From the NCBI GenBank assembly GCA_028534125.1, contig CM052833.1:19592001-19656000 (forward strand): DNA of 64,000 nucleotides, written 5' to 3'. Positions 1 through 12,880 of this stretch are shown here, in pieces (within the stretch, counting starts at the first letter, position 1; each line of letters starts with the position of its first letter). The position numbers and the translations under genes were made by a program. This DNA comes from Lama glama. Lineage: Eukaryota. Under the pieces are notes generated by a model, which searched no databases, was not told where the DNA came from, and was given only the letters and a program-made list of their open reading frames with translations.

Positions 1-320
1 CATGTAGGTTGTCACAAGATACTAAGTCCCTGTGCCACACAGTAGGGCCTTGTTGTTTATCTGTTCTGTACATAGTAGTTAGTATCTGCTAATCCCAAAC
101 TCCTGATTTATCCCTCCCCTCCTTGCTCCTGTGGTGACTGTAAGTTTGTTTTTCGTGTCTGTGAGTCAACTTCTGCTTTGTAAATTGGGTCATTTGTTTC
201 GCTTTTTTAGAGTCCATATACAAGCGATGTCATACGCTCTCTGCCTCTGATGCACTTCGCTTAGTGTGATCGCCTCTAGGCCCATCACATTGGTGCAGAG
301 GAGGAATTTGTTTTTGGTGT
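1..320 (-). mobile_element. L1 3'-end fragment (antisense), truncated by the window edge
   Basis: Motifs typical of the reverse complement of a laurasiatherian L1 3'UTR (TCCCTGTGC..CAGTAGG..CTTGTTGTTTATC, CTGCTAATCCCAAACTCC, TAAGTTTGTTTT..TGTCTGTGAGTC, TTTTTAGAGTCCATATAC, CACTTCGCTTAGTGTGAT). The same family recurs at 49547-50075. Confidence 0.8.
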
Positions 321-379
321 CTTAAAGTTGAATGTGTTTGTGGAGTGTGCGAGACTGAGCCCACTTCCTGAGACTGTCC

Positions 380-470
380 AGAAGCTGGATTTGGAACTTA
401 AGGAAAGTGTCCTGAGCCGCAGTTACAGATTTAGGGCTATCAGCACCCAGGTGGTTGTGAAGATGTCTCT
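380..470 (-). mobile_element. Probable L2 fragment
   Basis: AGATTTAGGGCTATCAGCACCCAGGTGGTTGTGAAG resembles the L2 motif AGATTTGGGAGTCATCAGCATATAGATGGT (from recall). Confidence 0.4.
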
Positions 471-3400
471 GCAGCGGGGGTGGAGAGGCCTGACACTGGG
501 GCTTTGGGGGTTCCTCGGGGCGCGGTCTGAAGAGGTGGCCTTCCAGTGGGAAGAGTCCTCCACGCTGGTCTCGTTCTGGTCTTTCTGACCCCACCTTACC
601 TGTCTGTAATGGAGACCTGGGTGAAATTACTTGACTGTGGGGAGAGAGAGGTTAGACACATGATGCATGTGAAACAGCATTAAAACACACAGATTACATA
701 CAGATGTCAGTTATTTTGAAATATTATTTTGAATGTCCATCAGAATTTAAAAATGCCCTCAGGGTCTCCTGTAAGATGGAGTGTTTGACAGCTTGAAGTT
801 CTGTGATTCAGGGCGGCCTGGGGGAGGTCTGGGGGTGGGTGGCTGGGGCTGGTCCCCTGGGAGGCGGGGACTGGAAAGGGGCAGAGCTCCCGAGCCGGTG
901 GGATGTGTGCCCTTGTCACCCAGGGGCAGGTGCGGTGGGGCGCCAGCTGTGGCACTGCGTGGGGCAGGCTGGAGGCTCTGAGACACCCTGGCCCTGCTGA
1001 CTGTGCTGCTGGTGTGTGCACAGTGGGTGTGCAGCCAGGTGCCGCTTTCTTTGTGGACGCTGGGAGGGCTTAACAAAGTTCCCTGAGTCTCCACGGGCAA
1101 ATCCACAGCAGGGAACAGGGTTTCCAGGCTCTGACAGGTACAGGGTGGATTACAAGCACCGATGAGTCGTTTTCACCTGTGCCAGGGCTTTGTCAGTCCC
1201 TACTGCTGGGGCAGCTCCTGTTCCTTCTTGTCTCCTTGGGGAGTAATAGCTCCTTGTTCATGGGAAGAAGCAGGCAGGGTTTCCCCTGTGGGTGTGGACC
1301 AGGCCAGAGGGTGGGCTTGGCCCCTCATGGGCGGGAAGATGAGATTTACTCTCTTGTTCAGAAGTTCTCCAGTTTCAGAGGCAATGACCCGGAGCCAGGC
1401 TCTCTGTCCTTTTAATCCCACCAAGTCCTTCGTAAACAGACTCAGCCTGCCTTCCTGCCAGTGGTCTGTGCAGGTGGTGAGCCTCTGCCTCCCCGGACGT
1501 GGGAGAGCAGGGTGTTCATTGTCTTTTGAGCAAATGCGGAAATCCCTCATTCTTCTCCATTTTCTCATCACAGCACATGTGGCACCAGCTTCTGGGGCTT
1601 TGGGAACCTAAAAAGCTACTGAGTCTTAACACTAACTTGTGTTAAAGTTTGTGTGTGACATTATACATGCGTGTATAAATAAATATATGTGTATTTCTGC
1701 CTTAGTGGAATGAAAATGTGTATCACAGACTGAAGTTTTCTTTGGCTGCCTGCAGCCACAGGCCTGCATACGGTGAGCTCTGTTATTTGTGTGCTGACTA
1801 ATCAAAGAAGTGATTTTCCCCCTTTACATTTTTATAATCAGAAGATTATTTTTCAAGTAATCTTGAACATAACTCTGATTTATAGTTGAATGCTTTGTTC
1901 ATATTTTAATTTTCAAAAATTAATGTTACGGTTTTTGAAGAAAGATATGAAATGTATTTAAACAAACTGAAATAGCTCCCTTTTTATATATAAGCAAAAC
2001 GGAGATTTCTTAAAATAGAAAATCAGTAACTTGCTTTTGAATAACACACTGACATTTTCTGTGGTTTGAAACTGTTTTGTGGGTTCAGTATTAAACAGTT
2101 TTGTATTACGTTTGTATTACTCTGCATATTTTTAGCAGAAATATAAAGTCTGTTCTGTTTTCTCTGTATATTTTTTTAGACTAGGAATTTTAAGGCTAGC
2201 CAAGTTATTTCCTTTTAATTGTAGAATTTTTCAAAATTCTCACTTTTGAAGTGGCATGTTCACATGAGATTCTAATTGACTAGCATTGGGGTGACCTGCT
2301 GCCTGGTCTGAAGTGGACCATCCCGGTGTGTGGGGGGACCCTTGAGAGGGTGAGTCACCTGCTGAGTGTGTGTTGGGAGGGCCTCCACTGGCTCTGGCCC
2401 CACGTCTGGCCTGCTTTGAGCCCCCGAGGCCTGCAGGTCCCTGCACTGGCGTGCCAGCCCCCGGCTGCATCTCCTGCTGACAGGAGTGGGGCTTTGCAGG
2501 CGGTCCAGCTGCCCAACCTCCATCCCTTCTTTCAGTTCCCATGGAAACAGGTTGCAGGGAGACTGGCATGGTGCTGTCTTTGCCCTGTTTTGGGATCTGA
2601 GGTCTGTTTCCATGGGAACCAGCAGGGAGAGGGGAGGTGGTAGAGTCGCAAGACTGTTTCCAGTTTCAGCGGTGGCTCCGTCCTCGAGTGCAGCCCTCCT
2701 CTGCCCAAGTTCACCGCCGGGCTCAGGGCCCAGGTGCTCTGCTTGTGGCTGGGCCTCACAGGGAGGCAGAGGAGAAGGAAGGGGGAGAGAGGCACTCGGG
2801 ACACCCTTGAGGGAGCCAGTCACCTCCTTTTCTCCCAGGCCACCATTTTTAGGCATTGGTTTGCTATTTAGATGTCATTTATAACTTATTTCTTGTATGG
2901 TTTTTTTGAACATAATTAACGTTTTTATTCAGAGGAAGTGAAGAGACGGCTCATCGCAGTTGGAGCGGTTTCTCTGATGCGGGGAGTCCCTGCGGTTGAT
3001 GGTGTGGTTGGGTGTTGACTCTCGAGTGCTGGGTGGAGCGAGGGCCTTGTGGGCGAGCAGCAGGCCTGCGTCAGGCGGTGGGGAGGAAGGGGGTCACGCC
3101 TGATAGTGCCCTGTTTCTGTAATTATTGAAGTCCAATCTCGTGGGTTCCTCCGAGGAGTGATGTTTGGCAAGTGCCCTTGAGATGCTCTGCCCCGCTCCC
3201 CGCATAACAGCCCAGTGGTCGGCTGACCACGCGTCCACACACCTCCCGAGGGTCTGTCTCCCTGCCCTTCCTCCCCGCTCCCGCTTGCGCCTGAGCTGTG
3301 TTTGGAGGGCCTGCTGGGTGCTCGAGGGCTGCATCTTTGTGTGCTCTTCACGTGTTTTCTCACTCACTCAGCCCTACTGCCTCACAGCCACGTGAGGCCG

Positions 3401-6249
3401 TGTGCGTGACAGCTGGGGAGACTGAGTGCAGAGAGGGTGGTGGCCGCTCTGAGCCCCGGCTGTCTGACCCCAGAGCCGTGCTCGCTCCTCCGAGCGCAGC
3501 ACCACCGTGTTCCAGCAGCTGGGTCAGTGCCGAAGGAAGCGTGTCATTCCCACTCCTGGCCTCTGCAGCATGTCCTCTGACCCCAGCCCTATAAACAAGC
3601 AGCTCCTCGCTCTTTGACGTTAGTCTTGTGTATTTACTTGTGGTTATTTTCATATTTCAAATTATTTATCAATATACTCAGTGTTTCAGTCAAAACAGGC
3701 AGAACTTAGTCCTGATGGCTGCATGCCTCCTCTCAGGACACTTAGGGGAACCCTCGCCTAGAGAGTTTGCTTTCCTGTGAGGAACACAACCGGATCCTCG
3801 TCTCCCTCTTAGGGGGCGTGGGGACGAGCGATGCTGTGGCGTGCCATGCTAATGTTGCCTCCTGTCCCCTGCAGGGCATCTGTCCTGCCTTCCACGGACG
3901 GACGTCTGAAGGAGCTTCCAAGGGCTCCACTGCAGAGCAGGACAGCTCCGGAGGGGAGGGGCGTCAACTAGGGCTGGGCTTCGAGGGGAAGAAGAGTTGA
4001 AAGGAGGTGCTGCTTTAAATGCGGAGAAGGTCGCCTGTCAGGCTGGCCAGGCCATGGAGTGCTTAGATCCTGAAAGGCCCCACAGACACTGTGGCTGACT
4101 TTGGCAAGTGATCGGAAGAGGAACAAGGGCTCCAGATTCTAAATTTGGTGCTTAACCTTTCCTTCGGCTGCCAGGACCCTGTAGTTTTCTTGGGTGGTTT
4201 CCTCGGAATTCTCTCTTCCAGATCAGGGGGTGGACACGTGGGACAGGCGGATCATTCACTCAGCATCAGGGATGCACACTGTTTGGAATGGGGTGGCTTC
4301 TGCAGCCAGGGAAACCCTGCTGACTGCTGACTCTGGGTGTCGGGAGGGCCAGTTCTGTGTTGCAGGAGGCATGTTTCCCTGAGGAGACGCTTGGCAGGAC
4401 ACACATACCTCCTGTGGTGCTTCCATGAAGAGCACCTGCATTGCCCTTTGTTACCAGACGGCACAGGTGGGCCTGAGGTACCCTTTCTGCTCGGCTGGAG
4501 GCCTCGAGACACGGGCAGGCGTGTTGTCCCGTCAGCCAGGTCCGGGCAGCCTTTCCTGGAATCCTCTGCCTGTCCATACCTGCTCTTCGGGACAGATGCA
4601 GAAGACACGATGTCCTGTTAGTGTGTCCCTGATGGACGTGGAGTCCACGTGGACACCGTGCATCGGGTGGCTTGGCGCCCTGGGCCCTCACCCATGGGCG
4701 TCACTCTCCTGCGTGGCCACCACTGCGGTGACATCACGTCCGGGGGCCAGCCTCAGACTGTACCATCTTGTGTTATGTCCTTGAGTTTCTCTGGTCGGGT
4801 TAAGTTGTTCCTCCAACGCTGACAGGGCTGAAAGGGTAATGTTCCCAGGATGGGCGTGGCTCAGATGGCCACCTCACTGGTTGGATTCCGAGTTGTTCTT
4901 GAAAGGCTGGTCCGCAGATGATCTTTCAGCTCTCCTGTGAGAACTGTGGTTTCTCCAAGGTGGCTCTAGGGTCCTGATCTTCCTGAAGGGTGTGTGATGT
5001 GCATCCATGAGCCGGGGTGGCCCGGGGTAGAGTGGAAGTGCATGTTCCACGGGAATGTGGGTGGGGCTGTACCTGTGTCCCCTCTGCTGGCTGCCTCTGC
5101 ACAGGTGAGTGGGACTTCTCGTCTTGAGAGGCGTGTCTGCCAGGGCACAGTAGCAGCCCCGTGAGACCCACCAGTGCACCTGCGTTAGATTGAGCACTGG
5201 TGTCTGCTGGCCACTGGCTGAGCCTCGTGGCCCAGATGCCGGAAGATGCCTGCCCAAGGCTCACACACGTCTCCTTTCTCCCATGTCTGTCCCAGACCAC
5301 AGGGACTCTTTTTTGGAAACATCTAAGAAGAATATTATTGGAGTATTTTTATCCACCACTACCCACCTTCCTGAGTTGTAATACATTATAAAGTGGCACG
5401 TTTTCTTTTTCACAGGGGAATGTGTTTTTAGAAAATGAATGTGAGAGACAGGAGAGAGCTGCACCACGAGTGACTCGGTGCTCCCTGCGTGTCTGACTCT
5501 AGGGCAGGTGTGGGGCTGGCTGGAGCCGCGCATGGGCCTGGGGCAAACCTGTGCTCGCCCAGCGACTGCAGTTACCCAGCCTGCATTTCTGCAGGGTGCC
5601 TCGGCTGTTTCACGGTGGGTCAGTTTTTATGAGCTTTTCAGGTGTTGGTGGCTCTCACACCTCCTGTCATGTGGATAGGCCCTGGATTTACCAAGCTGTG
5701 GGCTGGGAGGGGTGCAGGCCTTGCAAAACCTTGAGAAGTGCACGCAGAGAGCTCGAAAGGGCATTGCTGGACAGAGGGGACAAACCAAACAGGGAGGGCG
5801 GGGCGGGTTGGCCCCTGCTTGACTGTGCTCTGGCAGAGAGACATGAAACCTGGCTCATGTTTATTTACTAGTCTACTGCTGTTTTTGAGAGTCGATATTT
5901 CAGTATGAAAATGTGAAAAAAAAGTTGACTATCAAGAGATTCTTTTTCCTTTCAAAGGAAGTGTTTTTTGGGTCACTTTTTTCTCTTTTATTCTACCACA
6001 TTTCATGCCAAATACCTCACCCACACATTTTGTTTAATTTTGTATCCTCTCCCCTGTTTCTCTCTGTTACTAATTTTAGCTGACAGAGGATGCTTTTGAC
6101 CTTAGGTTTTTATCAAGAACTCAAAACAAAAATGAAGATGAATGAGCTGAGGCAACGTGAGGTGGACCGGTGTCTGTGCCAGGTCAGGTGAGGTGGAGCA
6201 GGTGGGCCGGGGGTGAGTGCTGTGTACCTGCCCCTCGGTAGACGCAGAC

Positions 6250-6390
6250 TCACTCTGTGAGGAGGCGCCATTGTTGCTTCCACTTTGCGGGTGAGGAAAC
6301 AGAAGATCAGAGTAGGGAGGTACCTGCCCAGACAGCACACTGCCAGGACGAGGTGAACCTGAGTCCATCCGACTCAGAGTCCGGCCTTTT
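6250..6390 (-). mobile_element. MIR SINE fragment
   Basis: CCACTTTGCGGGTGAGGAAACAGAAGATCAGAG..TACCTGCCCAGACAGCACAC matches the reverse-complemented MIR core (CCCATTTTACAGATGAGGAAACTGAGGCTCAGAGAG..TGCCCAAGGTCACAC). Confidence 0.65.
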
Positions 6391-7500
6391 GTCCTCTGGC
6401 CTGTTTGGGAAGCTCTCCTTCGGGCATGTTTAGATGGTGGAGGGTTGGCCCTGCCTGCGCTCCTGATGCCCGTCCTGGGCCTCCATAGGGGGCGGATGCA
6501 TCCAGCCAGCTGCCTGGGCCCTTGGTGCTTTGTGGGTGGGTGCAGGGCAGAGGTGACCAGCCGAATCGCCAGCGTGACTCAGTGCCGTGTGACCCGCGTG
6601 TCCTGGGTCCTGCTCCGTGCCCCTGGTCAGTGCCCCGGACGCAGAGATCAGGAGAAGCTCCCGTTAGAGGTGACTCTGCGGACAGAGATTGAGAGTGGAG
6701 GTGCTATGGGGACAGGAGCTGGTTTCTCTGGCTCACTGTTGCCTCCCCAGCACCTGAAACAATGCACGCGAGGGTAATGACCCCACAGACAGCTATTGCA
6801 ACACGGGCAAGAAACCACAGAGAGCGGGAGGTCAAGGGAGCGCCGAGGCGTGAGTCAGGCTGAGGCACAGCCGCCCCGCTGGGGACCAGCCGCATTCCTT
6901 CCTGCTGCTCTTGCACCGCTTCCCCTTGGGGGCCCCTCTTTCTTGGCCTGCTTGCCCACTGTAAGCTGATTCCATCTGAAGATGACAAGGTGGTGGGGAG
7001 TCCTGGGTGTGGAGCCCGCCTGTGCTCCTCCCACTGGGCTGAGGCAGGTGACCTCTGCTTGGCAGGCATCCCCTCTCGAGGTGACCATGACTTGCTCAGA
7101 CTAAGTCAGGGGACTTCAGTCAGTGCATGTCCACCCGAGGACACTCTGTGCCAAGGCCCCGCCCTCCGGGACTTCTGGGCGCACTGGTGCTGTGGACATT
7201 AACCTCTGATGAACCTGCCTGGGCAAGTGGCCTTTGTCTCAGGACCTCCTGAGCCACACGGTGTGCCCAGGCCCCTTTCTTGGCCTCTCCCTCTGGCCAG
7301 TTGGCGTCCATGGGAGAACGTGGGGCCAGGGCCCAGACTGACACCTGGTTCCAGCCCAGTTTAGCCTTCATCCCACAGTCCCTTAGTGCGTTTCCTCTCC
7401 TCCTGGGGCCTCAGTCTCCCCCTCCATGAAATGAAGGGGTGCCGGGCGCCCCCCATGGCCTCCCCCGCTCCTAGGTAGTGTGAGGAGACAGAAGGGACAG

Positions 7501-7600
7501 CTTTCCTGCGTAATTGCCCTAGTCTGGGCACAGCCCAGACTGTAAACCCTTTCCTGCGTAATTGCCCTAGTCTGGGCACAGCCCAGACTGTAAACCCTTT
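7501..7600. repeat. Perfect 48-bp tandem duplication (2 copies + 4 nt), each unit containing a 9-bp inverted repeat
   Basis: CTTTCCTGCGTAATTGCCCTAGTCTGGGCACAGCCCAGACTGTAAACC at 7501-7548 and 7549-7596, followed by CTTT. Confidence 0.95.
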
Positions 7601-10600
7601 ATCAAGTGTCGGATTTGCTGAGGTGGCATCTTGCAGGACGGACCACTAGGACGGCCACTTTCCCTGTTTGCCTCTTGTGTGCGTACTTCAAGAAAGTGTT
7701 CTAGATTTTGTACTTGCCTCCTGAGACGGTGACCTCAGTCCCTGAGGTCCATCCCGCCATCCAGGACTGCAGTATCTCCCAGCCTGTCTGTGGACTCTCC
7801 AGCCCGAAACACACAAATGGAAAGTAGTGAGAGGGGTCTGTCCCAAGTGCCTGTGCAGATTCTCTGTGCTTGTTCGCTGTATCCTTCTTGTGCACATGTG
7901 TCCCGTCTCCCTGAACCACAGACAGGGGCCCCGGGGCATGCTCAGATCGTAGGGACCTTGACTTCATCACACTGTGGGGCGCAGAGCCAGTGATGAGCCT
8001 GGCTGCGGGAGGAATGGGGCCTGAGGCTGGCCGCCTGGCCCGGGTCCACATATCCATCCAAGGTGGAGGGCTTGTGTGGCGGAAGCCCAGCTCCATGGAA
8101 GCACATCCTCAGGCTTCTTTGACCCCTCCCCCGCCTTTGGTCTCACTCAGAGTCTGGAGCCACTTTGGCCTCTGATGAACCTGCTGGCTGTTCATTTTTT
8201 TCCAGTCGGCAGTGCAGCACAGCTCGGACTGTGTTTACTTTTATTTTGGGGGTTTTGCAGCAGTGCCTTGGTTTGTCGAGTTAGGACCATCCCCCTACGG
8301 CTCTGGCTCCTCCTTCTCGCCTCTGGAGGGAGGGAGCGAGTGCCCGTCAGACAGGCGGGGCCTGGCAGCCTGGAGCCAGCTCCGGCTGGCCGTCACCCAG
8401 GCAACCGCCACGCAGCCAGCAAGGCAGTCTGTCCGGGTTGAGAGGGAGTAAAAACGAAACTGCAGTGTTTATTCTCTACGCATTGCACTTTTAGAAATGT
8501 GACTAGATTTTGATAAAAGGCAATTTCCTGTCTGTTGGGTTTTGGTCTCTGTGCCCAGCGTGTGACTCTGATTCCTGGGTCGTGTGTCTGTGTTCCAGAG
8601 TACCTCCATGAAAGGGCGATGTGTTGAATGCAGTTGAGTTTCCCCTCCTCGGTGATTCTAGGAGGCTGCATGTCGTACAAGTTCTTGGGAACCAGTGGTG
8701 AAGCAACCGTGTTCCACAGCTTACTTGGTTCGGTTCTGTGGGCATTCATGTTTTAGAAGAAGCCCCTTCCTGTGGGGTGTGCTCTGTTTCCTTAGTGACT
8801 GTTGCTCTTAGGGGAGGGCTTAGTGACACTTTCCAAGTGCAGTATTGAGTTGATGTATCTCCTGGTTGTTCCAGCCCATCTTCCCAGTGTAAATAGGGCG
8901 TGTGTGTGCGCGCCTGTGCACACACAACAGGATGGTGGTGGTGTGCTTGCTGTGGGGGCTCTTGCATGTGGTTCAGGGTTACCCTGTGATCTTCCGTCCT
9001 GGGTAAGTAGCCTCTTTCTGTTCTTTCTCTTTTTCCCCCTTGGTTTTCCTGATTTGAGTATGACCAGGGTTAACCTTTTTAGGAAACCACCTGCGATTCT
9101 GGAGTCGCAGATTGGAAGGAGGGACCGGCGTCAGCCTCACACCTCCTGCTCAGTAGGTCTGGGCTGTTATTCGGCCTCTGTGGGGTTCGAGTGGTCTTTG
9201 CGGTGTGAGAGGGTACAGAGCCGAGACCCCCACGGGCCTCTCCTGGGCACGTTGCTGTGCAGTGCAGGTGCGCAGGGTCACCTCACACCCTCCCTGGCTC
9301 ACTGTGACCAGTGGTGGTAGCCAGAGCCCTGTCAGTGCAGAGGCTCTGAAGCAGAGGTGGGAGTAGCCTCTCAGCCTGGGGCCACCACCTGTCACTCAGG
9401 CCTAGGGCAGTGGGCTGGGGTGCCGGGGTGTGTGTGCCCCTCTACACACCGGCTTCCTTGGCCCATTCATCTGTGCGTCTGGTAGACTCCTGTGTACTGA
9501 GTGCCTGCCTGGCACAGGCGGTGTCTTAGGTGCTGAGGGCCAGTGGAGGGGCAGCCAGTCACCGCCTGTCTCATGGGGCTTCCAGTTGGGATCCTGCTTC
9601 AGCGCCAGGGCTGGTCGAGGGGCGCCTCTGAGACTAGCTGGTGAGGGCGCCTTGTGAGCAGGGCCCGCGAGGGTGGAGGCAGCAGGGCAGCGATGGGCAC
9701 CGTGTTCGGCTTCTCTGCTTTCCTGCCAAGTCGTGGTTGGCTGCCAGGCAGTGAAGGCAGATGTGCTGTGGCTCTGCTGCCCTGGGCCCCAGCCCTCGCC
9801 TGTCCCCAGCGTGCTGGTCATCTGCACTTTCCCACTGAGCCCTGCTGGTGCCCGGCCCTGGTGTGGATGGTTGGTCCCTCCCTGATCAGCACAGGCCGTA
9901 GGTTCTGGGGGCCTTTTCCTCTCTTGTTGTTTATGTTTCTGGAAGGGGTGTCTTACCTGTGTTGTTAGCAGTTAGGAAAGCATGGGATGGCTGTTCACAG
10001 TTTAACTTGAATGTTGCTCATAAGGAGGCTCCCAAGTGTTTCATGAAGAGGGACTGTGCCCCTTCAGTCTTTGTTGGGAACGGCACGCGTCCTGCCCTAA
10101 AAGTCCAGGCCAAGACCGTGCCTGAGACCTCAGAGCTAGCTGCTGCAGGCCTGCCACCACGCCCCTCTTTTAGGAGAAGCCCGGCTAAGGATTGCTGAGC
10201 ATGACAGAGAAGCGAGGAGAGTTTGCTGTTTCTTTTGCTTCTGTCCGCATCAGCCTCAGTCTTGCCCACAGCCATTTGAAATGTATAGCTTGGTTTTTAA
10301 AAGAAGTCAGGTAGCGTACCTTTTGCAATGAAACAAGATGATCTAAACCAAACCCCACAATGAAACATCAAGACCTCACCATACTTCAGTCTGTCTGAGT
10401 TTGGAGAAAGAGGACAAACACAGTCCAGCATTTCTGGGCATTGGAAGCATCACAGAAGAGAGTACAGGTGGTCAGGCTTTAGGGCAGGCAGGCTTTTGTT
10501 TTCATCTGGCGGTTCAGTCCCCCGACGACAGTGCATGTGGTCCTTGACTCCAGGAGTTGCCGCAGGACTTTGGGATGCTGGGTGTCCGTGCCTTGTGAGT

Positions 10601-11220
10601 ATTGGCCATTTGATGGGGAATTTTTAAATTTAGAAAAAGAACATTTTCTGACGTTTTCAAGGACTTCAGAACCACCGTTTATGTAAATGATTTTAATTAA
10701 AATTTTCACCTGTTGGTTGAAGTTGAGGACCCCTGGGCTGACTTTGGTGACAGGTTGCTACTGCAGGTACACGAAGGCAGTGCAGCTGCATTTTCTTACC
10801 ACGATGAAGGTGCTTCGTTAATGCATTAGGCTTCCTTCTACTTAGTCTGTGTTAGTGATGTTTTACTTTGTTACCTTACATTTACAGCAAGAAGATTTTA
10901 ACAGAGGGTTCCTGTCTGTTATGTGCTGTTTTCTTAAATTTTTTTTCTCTGGTTTAGTGGTGTGAAAGAGGAATAAGGTTACACTTCCTACAAACTGCTT
11001 GCAAGTTGGTTGGAATGAGGTGATGATAATCACTTTCTCCAGTACCGAAGATTCACATTTGGAATTCTGCTCTTGTTGTTAATTTTGCTCTTGTGTAATA
11101 GAACGACATTAAAGTATCTGGAAAGTGTTGTGTCAAATGCTTTTATTATTATGGAATATGTAATATGCATGGGCCAGTTTATACATTAAGTTTACTTTTC
11201 CGTTCTGTTGTTTTTTAAAA

Positions 11221-11348
11221 ATTTTTTTAAATTGGGGAGGTAATTAGGTCTGTTTATTTGTTTATTTATTTAACGGAGCTACTGGGGTTGAGCTCAGGGC
11301 CTCGTGCATGCAAGGCACATGCCCTACCCCTGAGCCGTGTGCTCCGCC
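11221..11348 (-). mobile_element. tRNA-derived camelid-type SINE (vic-1-like)
   Basis: The minus strand reads GGCGGAGCACACGGCTCAGGGGTAGGGCATGTGCCTTGCATGCACGAGGCCCTGAGCTCAACCCCAGTAGCTCC (degenerate A/B boxes). It continues into an (AAAT)n tail and CCTAATTACCTCCCC. The same family occurs at 23400 and 44231. Confidence 0.85.
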
Positions 11349-11764
11349 TCCTTCCTGTTCTTTTAAAGAAATTAATACTGGCCTTTGTTCTCCCCCTTAA
11401 GAGTCACTTTTTAAAACTGCTCAACCCAAGTCCTTATTGGCCTGCTGACAGCAGTGGGTGTGAACCCCAGACCCCACTTCTAAGACCTTGGGAACCTGCT
11501 TAAGAAATGGGTTTCCTCTCCAGGTGTCTGGCCTGGAGTGGCCTCCGGGAGACCTGTCTGCTGCCAGCCTGCTGGTTCAGGATGCAGGTGCAGCTTCCGC
11601 TCCGCCCTTCACAGGCACCAAAACTGGTGCTGCCCCTCCCCCACCCCACAGTGTGGTCACGAGCAGGCTCTGGGGCTTTTTCTTGTCTTTTTTGGCCTCT
11701 GTGGGTCTACTGAACTTCATGTTCTGCGGGTCATCAGGACAGTGACCTCTCTTTCTAATTTCAG

Positions 11765-12156
11765 CAGCGGGAGAGAAGCACAGAGAGCTGCAGATGAGAC
11801 CCTCCTGAGCCCCCTGGAGTGGCTGACAACCCTGGAAGGATGCTGGCTGCCGGGCGGCTCTGGGGGCCCTCCCTATGAGGTGGGAAGCCCAGGGTCGCGG
11901 GGACAGCTTCCTCACTTCTGGGCCCACCATGGCCTCCGCATTCTGGCTGGACAGCTGACGTGACTAGTGCGAGGGTGACGCTGCCAGACTGGGGCCACCC
12001 CAGGTGCCGCCTGCTCCCAGGGTCCAGAGCAGGCAGGTGGGAATCAGATGCTACCAGGAGCCAGGTGGACATGCTGAGATGGAGGTCACCTGAGGCCCCT
12101 GGACGCTCCTCGTGTCGGGACAGCGGCGAGTCGGAGTGCAGGCCTGCAAGAGCAGC
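11765..12156 (+). other. LDLRAD4: LDLRAD4 5'UTR portion of the start-codon exon (predicted)
   Basis: Pyrimidine tract and acceptor CTCTCTTTCTAATTTCAG|CAG end at 11764, with an alternative AG 3 nt downstream. The exon size (~430 nt) is similar to my recollection of the human ATG exon. The acceptor position is inferred. Confidence 0.6.
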
Positions 12157-12196
12157 ATGCAGGAGGCTGGCTTTCCGGCCACACATGCGTTCACAG
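12157..12196 (+). CDS. LDLRAD4: LDLRAD4 first coding exon segment, MQEAGFPATHAFT (+1 nt)
   Basis: ATG at 12157 with A at -3. The peptide matches the recalled human N-terminus MPEAGFQATNAFT. The donor CAG|GTGAGA is phase 1 and compatible with the next exon. Confidence 0.92.
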
Positions 12197-12749
12197 GTGA
12201 GAACCGTCCGTGCTTCACTGAGAACAGTTCAGCGCAGCTGATGGTTATAAAGTACCAGACAGCTGTGCGAAATGAATGTGCACCTGCCTGTAGGACTCAG
12301 GGCCACTTGGCGTCACGACTCAGGCTGCTGCATTACTGATTTTGACAGAATTATGCCATGTCCTCCTTCTCGATAAAGAGAAATTTGAAACAGCATTTGG
12401 CAGTTCACCGTTCTGCTATTGCTCAGTCACGGGGCACACGCGGTATCCTGTCAGTCATCAGTTCCGAGAGAAACCTGTCACTTGCAGAATGGTGTCCGGG
12501 GGTGTGTCTGTACAGAGCTGGGGAGGCCTGGAGGGAGTGGTTACGGCTGATGAGTGACCTCTCCCTGTGCGTCTTTAGTTTTCTTCCTCAGGTGCACTCG
12601 TGTGTAGATGGGGGTGGGCTGCCTAGAGGCTCTTAGAGAAGCCCTGTGTTGCTGTTGGACGTGGATCTGCCCCTGCCTGGTTTGCTCCTTTCCAGGGACC
12701 CACTCAGTCCGGCTGGTGCCCAGAGCCAGGGCCTGCACCACCAGGCTTT

Positions 12750-12880
12750 TGAATTTGGGTCCTGGTTCTTTGATTCACTTAACATCCCACTAACTCTTTG
12801 GGGCTCTGGCCAGCCCCTCATTTATAAAATGGGGGCCATAAGGTTGATTTCCTTGGCCATAAGGTTGATTCCTCGTGGAA
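12750..12880 (+). mobile_element. MIR fragment with an internal 21-bp-period duplication
   Basis: TTTGAATTTGGGTCCTGG..CCCCTCATTTATAAAATGGGG is MIR-core-like. GGCCATAAGGTTGATT occurs at 12834 and 12855. Confidence 0.55.
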
